Positions 51,301 to 64,000 of a stretch of 64,000 bases of DNA are shown here, piece by piece. Position 1 is the first letter of the stretch. Every line of letters begins with the position of its first letter. The notes beneath the pieces were generated by a model. The model worked only from the letters and a program-made list of their open reading frames with translations, was not told the origin of the DNA and searched no databases. This stretch comes from Antedon mediterranea (lineage: Eukaryota; Animalia; Echinodermata). The DNA lies in the NCBI RefSeq assembly GCF_964355755.1, contig NC_092673.1:26781648-26845647 (forward strand), read 5' to 3'. The translations under genes and the position numbers were made by a program.

Positions 51301-52765
51301 CAAAATAACAAAACAATTCACTTTTGATACAGCAACTTCTTCAATAAACAACAATAAATCTTCTTTAGTATTAAGATAAGGTAGTTGAAATTTCAGGAAA
51401 ATTACAATGTTAGTTTTAAGTGCTTTTAAAGTTTGCTTGACATTATGGACAAGATAAGTTTAGCAGAAATAGGACATAGTAGAACTCCCATTAAAGGGAC
51501 ACCTTTGGAACCCAACAAACTGTTTCCTTAATTGAGGTGTGTCCCCTTAATAGGGGTGTGTATCCTCCATAGGAGTTGGCTGAAGTGGCATATTTTGCCC
51601 CTCACATATTTCACAGTGTTCTTTACAGGCAGGTACAGTATTCCCTTAATAGGAGTGTCCCAAGTTAGCGGTTCAACAAGATGTAAATATTATAAGACAT
51701 TTTATATTTTGGGTATAATTGTTGTACTAATGCTTTGTAAACTAAATTTAGTTTTTTTATGGTGGATTATTTCAAAATCTTTTAAATGAAAATTCAAATT
51801 TCTGAATTTGTGGTAGTTGCAAAAGCTATCACAACGCTTGGTAATCATACATTTAGTTTACAACAATGAATCTCCAACAATAGTTATTTATTAAACAGTT
51901 TAGGGATTATTTTAATAGAATATTTATTATATTTTTAAACTACAATAAGATAGATTTTAAAGAATTTTATTATTATAGTGTTACAGTAGTGTAAAAGGTA
52001 GGCATAGACATTTTATTGACGTTTTAAAATGAGGTTAAATTTAACTAATTAAATGTGCAAAAATTAAAATACCTTCCGTGCTATAAATGTTTTGTAAAGG
52101 TACAGTTGTATGCTAATTAATGTAAAAATTGGTGATATTTTATTTAATTAATCAAGCATAACTGAAAACGAAATCTTATATTTATAAAGTAGATTTGTCG
52201 AGACCATCAGAGATCCAATTCTGTGTTTTGAAAAAGTTAACATTACAAAGGGAAACTAAAGTGTGAGTTAGTGCTAATATATTAATAAGTATTCATTAGA
52301 TATAGTGCAATATAACTTGAAGGTTTATTTTAGGCAATTTATATGTTATAGGTATTGTAACATTTAAAGTATTAAGTAATAATTAAGATTATATTTCTTT
52401 TGACGAAGTGGCTGCATCTCCAAGCTCTGTCTACACTATCAAACTTTATGTGACAGAAAAATGTGATGTGCCTTTATGTGGACCCGATCCAGCGATGATG
52501 TCATATTACTACCATATTTGGGCATATCACTACCATATTTCAGGAAATCACACTTTTTTTGTCAAACTAGTTTGATAGTGTAGACAGAGCTTAAAAGCTG
52601 AAACAGAACATTTTTTGATCCTCACAACAGTAGTCATGTGATGCCATTCTGACCAATCATGTTCTCTTATACCATCATACTATACTGTATCATGTGCATA
52701 GTAAACCATATATATACTGTAGCACGTAGTATAATTCTATACAGTATACATAGTAATATACATAC

Positions 52766-53155
52766 CATGCATATAGTATCATGCACATCCCATGCATATA
52801 GTATCATGCACATCCCATGCATATAGTATCATGCACATCTCATGCATATAGTATCATGCACATACCATGCATATAGTATCATGCACATCCCATGCATATA
52901 GTATCATGCACATCCCATGCATATAGTATCATGCACATCCCATGCATATAGTATCATGCACATCCCATGCATATAGTATCATGCACATCCCATGCATATA
53001 GTATCATGCACATCTCATGCATATAGTATCATGCACATACCATGCATATAGTATCATGCACATCCCATGCATATAGTATCATGCACATACCATGCATATA
53101 GTATCATGCACATCCCATGCATATAGTATCATGCACATACCATGCATATAGTATG
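52766..53155. repeat. 25-bp minisatellite, about 15 copies
   Basis: Unit CATGCATATAGTATCATGCACAT(CC/AC/CT). Confidence 0.95.
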
Positions 53156-53861
53156 CTGTATGTTGGATATAGTATACCATGCATAGTGTTTAAACTGAAC
53201 AGTACATCCCTGTTGATTTCTATGGGTATACATTTTAGTGATAGTTTATAACAATATAAGCGTTAGATTCAAGAGAAATCTTTCAAATGGTCATCTAATA
53301 ATTCTTTTTAAAAATTGTATTTAATGATGTTATTAAGTAACTACTGTATTATACAGATATTGCCTGCTTAGAGGTGCATTATAACATTTGAGATCCTCTG
53401 AGGGAATTACAGTACATTTTGCATAAGAGATTATATATTATTTATAGTCACTAATATAATACACCGATAGAAAAGGCAACATAGACCAGTTTTCTGTAGT
53501 TTTTTAGGCCTAGGTTAGTACTGTAGTAGTAATGTAGTAGTAGTCAGTAGTCTAGCTAGTTTTATGTGTAATATCTAGTTCTCCCACAGAAATACAATTT
53601 TCTAATGCTGTCTTCTAAATAGATTGGTATTCTTTAAAAAATCATAAATCAATCTTATATAATAGTCTGTTTAGATAACCTAGCTTTTCTTTTATCATCA
53701 ATGATTATTTTTAATGTATTATTCTGCTCTGCTTTCTAAATATGAAATGTATATTAGTACTGTATCAAATTTGAGTCTAAACTTATTCAGCCAATGAGCT
53801 GGATTTTAAGAATAAAAAAAAATAATAATTTTGTTTAAATGGATTTTAACTATACTAACCG

Positions 53862-54044
53862 CAGTGAAGGATCCAGGTTTTTTAAATAGGGAAGTAGGGT
53901 GGGGAGGGTGAGAGAGGGGCAGGGAATGTAAGAAGGAGAGGTAGGGAAGGTAAGAGGGAGGGGTAGGGAAGGGGCAGGGAAGATAAGAGAGAGGGGCAGG
54001 GAAAGTGAGAGGGAGTGGCCAAAGCACCCCTGGATCTGCCTATG
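53862..54044. mobile_element. Short hAT-like MITE with a polypurine interior
   Basis: Ends CAGTGAAGGATCCAGG..CCTGGATCTGCCTATG (imperfect inverted repeat); G/A-rich core. Confidence 0.45.
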
Positions 54045-55285
54045 TACAGTATAAACCTAAAGAACCATAATGTGATTGAGATGATTGCATGAATCTTGTT
54101 ATTGTACTGCCAGTGTTATGTCTGTAATGTATAAATGTAAGGTACTGTACTGGCTAGAGTAAATGTTATTGAGCACCTTGCATAAAGTTAAACAAGATTG
54201 TCTCAAGCATACAGTAGGTGGACTAAATATTGCACAGTTGTGTCAATTCATTGTGTGTATTTCGGGGAAATTGGAACATGCTTCCGTGCTTCTCAGCACC
54301 TACCTAGGTCATCAGTCATTGGCAATTGTAATGGACCTACTGTATACAAGAAGATACAGTTCTGCACTATCAAAGTTTATGTGATGTGCCACTATATCAC
54401 TACCATATTTGGGCACCCCTTTTTTGTCAAACTAGTTTGATAGTGTAGACAGAGCTTTACCATAAAAAAAAGGCATTCACAATGTGCAGAAATGTTATTT
54501 TTGGTTTTGGGATCAACTTTAGTTAAATTATGGTTCAAAGAGATTGTATTGACTGTCTAAATATATTTTATAAATGTACGATGTGAAGGAAATACATATA
54601 AAAGAAGTAATCATTTTTCTGGTGTTTCATTTTAATTCTCATTTCAAAATATTATTTTATCATTGTTTTTTTTATGGAAAACAATTGTAAACTAATACAG
54701 TAAGTACCTTTTCTTTATCAAATAAAAGTTTGAACTTTTTAAATATATACAGTAAGATATTAATAATGAACTATATTTAATAAAGATATTGAGTGCAATT
54801 TTTGGGGGGAAATAATCTAACTATGGATTTAGTCTTATATTACAACTTCTGAGTTTTTTTTAGCAAAACTAATTTTACTATTACTTGAATCTAAACTTGA
54901 CAAGTTAAAATTCTGTTTAAACAAAGGATTAACACATTACAAACCAAGAACACAACATTTAATTGAAACATTGTACAAATTCCAGGCCATACATTTGTGG
55001 ATTAATTAATTGGATTAATACTGAAACAAAAATATAGAATACAGATTTTACGTTTATTTTTTTATGTTTATAAATCGGCCTATTTATTTTGTACTATTGA
55101 ATTAAATAGGTTTCAACTAAAATTCCCAGGCCTGACATTTGTGAGCTTGGATTAATACTACATAAAAATTTAATCCAATTTACACAGACGAGCTGTAACG
55201 GTATATGAAAGCGGAAAACAAAATCATAGAATACGCGGGACAAGCTACGTTGTGTAAATTGGCCTTTATACTATTTAATTAATGA

Positions 55286-56326
55286 TTAAGGGGTTACAAA
55301 TGCAACTGCAGTTGCAACCCGACTGAACATGGCGTCAATATGGTCCTTATCCACGGAATCCTTCCATTTTTGTATCAAATGTTTCTCCACTATTTTTTCA
55401 TTCGTTTTTAGATTATCTTTTGGATTTAGTTCATCTGTAACGTGCACCGTAAAAATAATGACGACTTTCTTGAAAGGAGCATTGTCAGTTTCACAGTAGG
55501 AATGAAATATCATGGACGCTTTAGCTGGAATGCTCTCTAAGTGATGAATAACGGCGACTTTCTTGCCAGAATTAAAACCACTATCAAGCGTTTTATCAAT
55601 TTCATATTTCGCGATGTCCGCATCAGACATATTGTACTCGCTACCGTCAATTTTAGTAACTAGGTCACCTGACGTGTAAGAGGTTGAAAGGTCAGAAGCT
55701 AATGCATCTAATGTTGAATGTGCATCAGGACCAGCCGCAAGAAGGATCACTGATGGTCTTTTAGGATCATCATGTTTAAAGAAATCAATTGAAGCTGAGC
55801 CGATCAATCTCCACAAATATGGTGTTTGCGTTGGGAATGTTGATTTAAGTTCTCCTAAGTTTAACCCAGTGTACTTTCTTAAAGTGCCTCCTGTGTCATC
55901 ATCAGCAGTGGACCTCAAAAAGATAGATGGAAGTAGACATACTACAATTACTGCAATTAAGATAATTACTGCAATTAAGATAATTACTGCAATTACAATA
56001 TTTCTTTTTCTGGTTTTAATTTGTTTTTTAACAGGCCTATTTCTGGTACTTGTAGTTTCATGTATTTTTAATTTGTTTGTGTTATCTTGCAAATGAGATG
56101 ACCTGTGTCGAACTTCATGTCCAAGTTCATGTTGGTCTTTTGCTGCCTTTCTTGTTTTTTCTTTTGTTTTTTCTTTTATTTTTTTCTTCTCTTGTTTCTT
56201 TTCTTTTTCTTCTTCATCTTGTTTATGTTGTTCTTTATCCTTCATATTTTCCTTGTTCTCATTTTCTTTATCATCAAATACAAAGGCTCTGTTAAGTGTG
56301 TCTTTACTGCGTGTACTTACAACCAT
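55286..56326 (-). CDS. TOR1AIP: Torsin-1A-interacting protein (LAP1/LULL1 family), long paralog
   Basis: Single coding exon (acceptor about 56343, ATG of MVVSTRSK at 56326). Charged K/E-rich N-terminus, TM (IVIAVIILIAVIILIAVIIVVCLL), luminal AAA-like fold with FPTQ..LW, P.VILLAA, MIFHSYCETDNAPFK and a C-terminal SRV arginine-finger motif. Confidence 0.88.
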   Translation of the reverse strand: MVVSTRSKDTLNRAFVFDDKENENKENMKDKEQHKQDEEEKEKKQEKKKIKEKTKEKTRKAAKDQHELGHEVRHRSSHLQDNTNKLKIHETTSTRNRPVKKQIKTRKRNIVIAVIILIAVIILIAVIVVCLLPSIFLRSTADDDTGGTLRKYTGLNLGELKSTFPTQTPYLWRLIGSASIDFFKHDDPKRPSVILLAAGPDAHSTLDALASDLSTSYTSGDLVTKIDGSEYNMSDADIAKYEIDKTLDSGFNSGKKVAVIHHLESIPAKASMIFHSYCETDNAPFKKVVIIFTVHVTDELNPKDNLKTNEKIVEKHLIQKWKDSVDKDHIDAMFSRVATAVAFVTP

Positions 56327-56554
56327 TGTTAAGATTTTGATTCTGAAAAACAAAAGTTTAAAGTACATTAACTAAAGATATTTAATATTTGTTGTCGAAA
56401 AAGTATTTCAACTTATTATGTTCACAATAAATCTTTTTATACAATTAAAATTCAACGATTTTAAACAATGCTATTGTTACATAGGTTATGCTTTAAAAAA
56501 ATCATTTAGTAAGAATTTTATGCAAAATTTTGGGTAAACATTATGCCGTGTAGT

Positions 56555-57634
56555 GGGTGTCACGAAACCTAAGACCACGAAAGCGAAGACCCCCTAAGAC
56601 CTAAGATTACGAAAGCTAAGACCCAAGACCTAAGATTACAAATATTTATCTTTCGCACCTGCCTTGTATTTTAACTCCCAACATTTATTCTGAATACCAC
56701 ACCTTAGAATTGGCACTTTCATGAAAAAGAATCACATAAAAAGTAACAAATACATTTTTAAATTGATGATTTTACAAACGTTTTTCTCGCACACAAAATG
56801 ACTAGCCTACAGTACAGTAGGCCTACCCCATGGGCCATGTTCAATGTTTTTGTTTCTATGGAACGTCAAAAGAGCAAAAATTATATAGAGGGCTGAAAAC
56901 TCTGTGGAGTCCATCTACAGTGTGGATGGAACAATGTAAAATTAAAATTGTAATGATAATAGTATAATCATGCAAGTACGAAGAAATAAATACTGGCAAA
57001 TAAATTTTAATTTAAAAATCACGATAAGTTTTTTTGTTTCGTTTTCTTTCTGTTTTTATACTTGTACTATTATTGTTGCTCTTTTGGCGCTCCATAGAAA
57101 CAAAAATATTGAGCATGGGGAGCTTGAGGAGTTACATTACAGTATACAAAGAAACACATCTGTAAAATCATCAATTTAAAGGATTTATTTATTTGTTATT
57201 ATGTGTTTCTCCTTCTGAAAGTACTTATAAGTCCTAATTTTAAAGTGTGGTGTTCAGGATAAAGTTAGTCAACAAATTTGGAGTCAAAATACAAGAAAGG
57301 CAGGTGCGTAAGAAAAACATCCTCTGAACCAACACAATGGAGTAAATATATACCAACAAACAACCCGTCAAGTTTGTTTGTTGTAAAGAAAAAATATACA
57401 TTTACTCAACGGGCGAAAATAATGTGAGTTTATCTATGTTTTGCGGTAATATTAAATTATATTTATGGTAATAAATGAAACCTACTGTGTTTAAAATTAT
57501 GTATGGATAAACAAGTATTGTTTTTAAGCTGTAGTATATCTTAGTATTTGTAATCTTAGGTGTTGGGTCTTAGCTTTCGTGATCTTAGGTCTTAGGGGGT
57601 CGGAGCTTTCGTGATCTTAGGTTTCGTGACACCC
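56555..57634. mobile_element. MULE/foldback-like non-autonomous element with 10-bp TSD, in the TOR1AIP 5' intron
   Basis: TSD GCCGTGTAGT at 56545-56554 and 57635-57644; ~90-bp modular TIRs (GGGTGTCACGAAACCTAAGA..); further internal inverted similarity between ~56655-56878 and ~57075-57309. Confidence 0.88.
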
Positions 57635-58798
57635 GCCGTGTAGTAGTAGTAGTCCTGTATGAATACTGTAGTAGTCTAGATTAATAATGTAGATAACTAT
57701 TACTAGGCCTAGCTAGATCTAGTTAGAGAGGCCTTCTTTCAGAGAAGTCTACTATCTCTAGGCCTAGCCTTTTAGTCTAGTCCAGGCCTAGAGGACAGCC
57801 TAGTAAGGGATATGTAGGCTGCATATATAAACATCTCCCTGCCTGCTGATCGTACTACTGTAGACCTATGCGGCATCCGGCCTCTAGCTAGGCCTATGCT
57901 AGTAGTACCATTCAGGAAAGAGAAACCAATTATAGGCCTAACTAAGAGGCCTAGTAAAGTATAGTAATACTGTATCATTAGACATTACATATATTATCAA
58001 CTTACATGAAAATAAAGGTGAAATTTTAACAATTAAAACCCTTCTTTGAACAATATGCCTAGGCTATCAGGAAACTGGAAATTCCAACTGGTTTTTTAGG
58101 CGCGCGCATTATAAAAAAAGTACAAAATGTTTGCTACCGCCCTCTATAATAAGAAGAAAGTACTACCACAATGTGCTACATAAATTAAATAGGCATTTTA
58201 CCGTATAATGCAGTATTGTATTATTAATTGTAAACACAGTATGTACCGTTAAGATTCTAATGCCAAATTGTAGTAGAACACAAAAGAACATTAACAAGTT
58301 AAAAGAATTTTCTAAATTAAAAATTAATTTATTTCTTTCAGCAATTATATTATCAAAGCTTTAATATAACTCGGTAATATTTTCCTTACAATTTTATATT
58401 ATCAATCTAAAATTATTATTACCATAATATAACCTTAAAATACTTATTAGGCATGTAGGCCTATTGTTTATAAAAATAGTTGAGTAAAAATAGTTTGACT
58501 TTCTACTAAATTGTTAGAAATATTATTAATGTGTGTAAAACAAAAATACCCTTTAAAATGTCACTCAGATCAAATGTTAATATTATTTGTACTTTATTTT
58601 TTAAAGGTATTTTCATGATAACCTTTGACATTTTGGGTGCATGATGCAACATCAATGACAAGGAGAGAAAGCGTCATGATCATCTGCACATGCTCACAAA
58701 ACAATCAGAGTTGTGATAGCTTCCCATTACTTCCTCATGCCAAATTCCAAATCAAGTACTAATGATATTGTGTCCATAAATAAATGAAAGATCTCTGT

Positions 58799-59935
58799 TA
58801 AGTTACAAATGCAACTGCAGTTGCAACTCGACTGAACATGGCGTTAATATGGTCCTTATCCACGGAATCCTTCCATGTTTGTATCAAATGTTTCTCCACT
58901 TTTTTTTCATTCGTTTTTGGATGATCGTTTGGATTTAGTTCATCTGTAACATGTACCGTAAAAATAATGACGACTTTCTTGAAAGGAGCATTGTCAGTTT
59001 CACAGTAGGAATGAAATATCATGGACGCTTTAGCTGGAATGCTCTCCAAGTGATGAATAACGGCGACTTTCTTGCCAGAATTAAAACCACTATCAAGCGT
59101 TTTATCAATTTCATATTTCGCGATGTCCGCATCAGACATATTGTACTCGCTACCGTCAATTTTAGTAACTAGGTCACCTGACGTGTAAGAGGTTGAAAGG
59201 TCAGAAGCTAATGCATCTAATGTTGAATGTGCATCTGGACCAGCCGCAAGAAGGATCACTGATGGTCTTTTAGGATCATCATGTTTAAAGAAATCAATTG
59301 AAGCTGAGCCGATCAATCTCCACAAATATGGTGTTTGCGTTGGGAACTTTAATCGTAGACGTGTTATATTTTGCCTGAAATCTTCTAAATCAAATTTAAC
59401 TTCTTCTGACGACGTGTCCTTGCCAGCAAATGTACAAGTTTTGGAATGATTAAAAATGAATAACATAAATACTAGTATAATAATAATGGCAAAGTCTTCT
59501 AATTTCTGAAAATAGAAATAATAAAATACAGTTTATTATTATATATTGTTTAGTAAATAATAAAACACTGCATGGCCTACATTTTTAGAAGGCGATTGAT
59601 ATTAAAAATTTGCATTTGTGAATCATAAATTTATAATATAATCTGTTTTCCGGGCAGTCCTTGGTTATTTAATTTAGTGGCATCGTATTCTAGCTAGGCC
59701 TGTTGCTATAGATAGGCCGGTTATTAGGCCGGGGTTGTGGTATGCCAGACAGGCCTTTTTGTTGGACAGACTTCACGTCTGTCACAGCCTAGTAGTACTA
59801 CTAATAAGCCATATACTCCCGCATATACTGTATATAAATAAGCTATATATTCAAATATAAGACTAAGTAGGGCCTAGTTAGATGGTATAAATAACGGGAC
59901 GTACCCTTAAAAAACAAAGAAAATGTTACCTTCAT
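58799..59935 (-). CDS. TOR1AIP: TOR1AIP (LAP1/LULL1)-like short paralog lacking the extraluminal N-terminal domain
   Basis: Predicted exons 59935-59930 (ATG AAG|GTAAC) and 59505-58799 give MKKLEDFAIIIILVFMLFIFNHSKTCTFAGKD.., followed by a luminal domain nearly identical to that of the long paralog. Confidence 0.78.
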
Positions 59936-62659
59936 TATTAGATTTCATAGAAGCGATATAGAACGCCTTTTCTTTTACGGTATTTTTAATCTCAGATCAT
60001 AATTTCTTCGCACACACGCGCGGCGATTTTGTAAACAAAGCTGATAGATAGAAGGGAATTTCCCCAATCCCCAACCAATTCTAATTTGTGATACAGCGCC
60101 CTCAATAAAACTAAAAAACTCGCGCCATGTGTGGTCAGTTGTGAAACATAAAAATCTGAAAAGAAAATTGGGAAATATTTCTTTTGTAAATTAATTTATA
60201 ATTTTCTATTAAAAACTTATGTTGTTTAAAAATGACGTCATGATCAATAAACAATGTATTGTCACGATTATTGCTTCTATTCATGACGTCATTTGATTGG
60301 ACGCGGGAAAATATTATTTTCATCAAAGAAGCGCAGCATAGATGGTTGTTATCCTATATAAAAGAAAAAAATATGTTTTTTTCGTCGATCGTTATCGTCC
60401 TGGGTGTAAATGGGCCTACTACTATACCGGAGATTATTTTCATCAATTGATTTGTGTGGTGTTTCCCCAGCGAGTTGCTGACCGTTTTAGACCGTTGAAA
60501 ACTTTCCATCATGTGCTCAGCACACAATGCACGGTGCAACAGATAAGTAACTAAACTAATATTAAGGCGTGTGTAAAATGAAAAATAATAATTCATATTA
60601 ATACTTTATCGTAAATTAATCTTTTGTTTTACTTTTATTTTACAAACAAAAAAACTATTATTATTAGCCTACTCTATAAGTAAATAGAGATAAAAAGTTC
60701 GTCTGATATCAATTTTTGGAATAATTCATTTTGGTGATGTCATCTCCTTGTAATTACATTCTAATTACACAACGAATATCTTTTCTAATAACTCTAACAT
60801 ACGTTTAGTTTATTCTAAAATTATTTAACGTATTATCTATTCAAAATCCTTATAACCCAAATTATTTTATGGGATGAATATTATACCTTTACACTATACT
60901 CCCCTGTTTTTAGAAATCGACGATTCTAAATGTAGGCCATTCCATTGATAAAAACTATGCAAAAGGTGATAACGTGAGACGTGTACACCACGTACACTTT
61001 GCATGCTGCCTGCTCCAATCTTCGTCGTGTATGTATAAAAAGAAGATATTTGTAGAGCTCCGAAAACAATAAGTTTGTAAAGTTATATGCATCTTTAAAA
61101 CGTCACGTGTGCTATAAAAATGTCGAACGAGAATCATTCTACAACAATTCCAATGGTAAGCACTATATTCGTTATCTATTTTATGGGTGGGATGTAAAAT
61201 ATTGAGAATAAAATTTGTCTTCTTTCCTGGGCCGACTGATCCCTGTCCCTGGCTGCTGTGTGGCCGGCTAACTTGTGACAGGTGTGTATATAGCCTAGTA
61301 GTAGGCCTATATATTTTTCACCTCACTGTGTGAGCCTGGCCTCCACCTCAAGAAGGCCAGGCGAGCCGATGAGCATCAAATAATGCTGTGACTTCTTGTG
61401 AGAGAAGGCAGATAAAGTTAATCACGTTTGTAGAAAAACTACCCTCCCTACCCTAGTCTAGGTAGGCTATTTTTTTAAACCTGTTTTTAAAATAAAAAAC
61501 ATTTTAAAAAAAAAAATTTGATACCAATAAAAATTTTTAAGGAAAACTTTTTTTGACAGACCAAATAATATTTTTTCTTCATCTTTTTTAAATTTGTCAA
61601 TGCTTGCTGTAAAAAAAAATTAATTTATCAATTATCTATATATGTAATTATAAAAACAATCATCTAAACTGTAGAGTAGTAGTACTAGTAGGCCATAATA
61701 TTAATAATAATAATACATTTTTATTTAATGAAGAATGTTAAATTTAAGAAAACACAATTTATTATTGTTTTCCAAATCCACAAAATACATCAGCCACGTA
61801 ATAACATGCTGATGGACAACAGCTGGATCTTAGAAAGTGTAGGATTAGGACTACACTATGTCTTGACAGGAAAGCCACTAGATATGTATAGGCCTAGTTC
61901 TGTTATAATAGTTTTTTAATCCCTTGTGAAGAGTTACATTATTTAAAACCAGATTACATTTGGTAGGTGCAGTTAGTACTACGACCTTTTTACTGTACTA
62001 GGAAATAACTGGTTAAGAATAATAGGGAAATAAGTTACCTACATTTTGTTGAGGTCACCATAAATCCATCAATTTGGGTGAAAGTCTGGGTGAGAGTTAT
62101 TTGACTTTTTTTGGCACAGCACATCTTTCTATCAGTAGAACCCAAAATAAAACTTTATTTCAATTACCGCAACTGTCCGACAGAACAGAAATTCAGGTTT
62201 TACTTAAAATTAACTAAGGTATATAAACACTACACTATCAATCTATCCAAATATGGTAGTGATATGCCCAAATATGGTAGTGATATGACATCATCATGTT
62301 CATATGGGCACATCACATTTTTTTGTCACATAAAGTTTGATAGACAGAGCTTTATTGATCCATCCTTAAGTAAATTCATTGCTTGAATAAAAATATAGTA
62401 AACTATAATAAATTTATGCTATAAAAATATAACATAACAGGTAAATTAATTACAATTTACAAAACAAGAATTATACAGAAATCAATCAAATATAAAGACT
62501 TTTTTCTGACTGTTATGCAAAAATTCGCTAGTATTGTATAATAACCTTGAAAAGGTTAAAGTTTGCCCTATATTTTATGAACCCTAAAACAATTTATTGT
62601 TTGTATTGTTATATTAAATTGTGATGAATTGTGCAGAACACACCTGTGTAGTGAGTTAC

Positions 62660-63652
62660 ATTATTTATCTAGGCTTGTGCTTCCCTGAATAAATTAATTT
62701 ATCTAGGCTTGTGCTTCCCTGATTAAATATATGTACCGTATATTTCGGTGTATAAGTCGCACTTTTGACACGCAAATTTGACCTCTAAATTAAGGGTGCG
62801 TCTTATACACCGAACATAAATGCCTCACCACACAGATTGTACATAGGCCTAGCCTAGGCCTATCGTCACCTCGTTTGCTAGGCCTGAGTAGGCTAGGCCT
62901 AGCTAAAGTAACTAACTAACGTAACGGCAACCTGCTTCTGCCTAGTTTTCAAGGCATTTTAGCATGATGTTATACTAAAAATATGATGAAAAGATTTGTT
63001 CATTATGGCGATAAAATTTAATTTGTAAACGTTTACGTACGATTGGAATAGTATTTATTTATACAGTAGTTATACGCACGATCGCCGTACCCCCAGCGCA
63101 AGCCCTTCTTGGCGGCCACATGGTGTACGGTATTCGACTAGTATATTCTCCAGGTGATTATAGCATGGACCTAGCGTATACACTTCTTAGATACATGGAT
63201 ACTAATCGAATACGATTGTCCGTGAAAACGTCCGCCCTCTCGAAATGATCGAGCGAGGCTAGCACACATGTACGTGTATACACACATGGTCATGCACTCG
63301 ATGTTGCGGCTGTTGAGGCTGGGCGCGGCCGAGCCTAGGTAAGAAAAAACCTAAATAAAGGACGCCGTTGCAGATATAACAAAATATATTATTACAATAA
63401 TATTGATTACAATTTAAAAAAACATTGTTTTGATGAAATATAAGGTGCGTCTTATACACCGACGATATAAAAAATACCGATATTTTACTCTCAGTTAGGG
63501 GGTGCGTCTTATACACAGGTGCGACTTATACACCGAAATATACGGTATCTAGGCTTGTTCTCCCCTGATTAAAATTAATACATTATCTATAGGCTTGTAC
63601 TCCCCTGTGTAAATTTATTTATCTAGGCTTGTGTTCCCCCTGTTTAAATTTA
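62660..63652. repeat. ~33-38-bp degenerate tandem repeat interrupted by a MITE
   Basis: ATTTATCTAGGCTTGTGCTTCCCTGATTAAAT units: two before 62736 and three after 63545. Confidence 0.75.
62736..63545. mobile_element. Tc1/mariner (Tc2/pogo-type) MITE
   Basis: TA-CCGTATATTTCGGTGTATAAGTCGCAC..GTGCGACTTATACACCGAAATATACGG-TA; subterminal GTGCGTCTTATACAC repeats. Confidence 0.88.
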
Positions 63653-64000
63653 TCTAATCTTTTAAAATTTTTAATAATTGACGAAATATAGTCAGTTTGA
63701 TAGTAATTAAAAATAATTAGTAATAACAATGAATGACCTTTTAGTGTATTTACACATCATGTTGTCATTTAATATTTGTACATTAATTTTTAAAAAGTAA
63801 ACATTTATTCCCAACGAGCAAATCGGCAAGGTAAAGCTTCGTCCGCTGTTGGATTTAGCGCCTTCAGATTTCAAGTTGGCCTTAAGAAGAAGAAGAACAT
63901 TGATTTTGTCCATGTAACAATCAATGAATACAGTAGTGCATGTCTAGCTAGAGCCTTGCAGCTAACAGAAGCCACTGTTAGCTGTTTGTATTATCTGGGG

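Noticed and set aside
55869-56332. Phe/Leu-rich plus-strand ORFs
   Set aside because: Antisense shadows of the K/E-rich TOR1AIP N-terminus.

Overview
AT-rich, intron-containing animal genomic DNA. Gene content and repeat types suggest a marine invertebrate deuterostome such as an echinoderm; this is inference. Protein-coding genes reconstructed by hand from GT-AG splice sites: (1) a minus-strand ZU5-UPA-DED-DED-like death-fold gene (about 18-4305) with an HFS autoproteolysis motif; (2) a minus-strand RING-less B-box/coiled-coil TRIM-like ORF (11639-12826); (3) 20 exons of DHX9/RNA helicase A (23511-30913, +), whose dsRBD exons I could not find in the preceding 23.5 kb; (4) a 5-exon MEGF9-like laminin-EGF membrane protein (32680-51126, +); (5) two tandem TOR1AIP (LAP1/LULL1)-like torsin cofactor paralogs (minus strand), one lacking the N-terminal extraluminal domain. 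The rest is mostly mobile DNA: a near full-length decayed LINE, LINE fragments, two clusters of Helentron/HINE-like elements nested inside one another, MULE-, Harbinger-, Tc2-, Kolobok- and Crypton-like non-autonomous elements, a Penelope-type minimal hammerhead motif and minisatellites. The most interesting signals are the PIDD-like ZU5/UPA protein ending in tandem DED-like domains, the bracket-like nesting of HINEs, an array of nine copies of a DHX9 splice acceptor, the short torsin-activator paralog, and a duplicated 5'-UTR exon module that may serve two unrelated genes. No database searches were run; family assignments come from recognised motifs.
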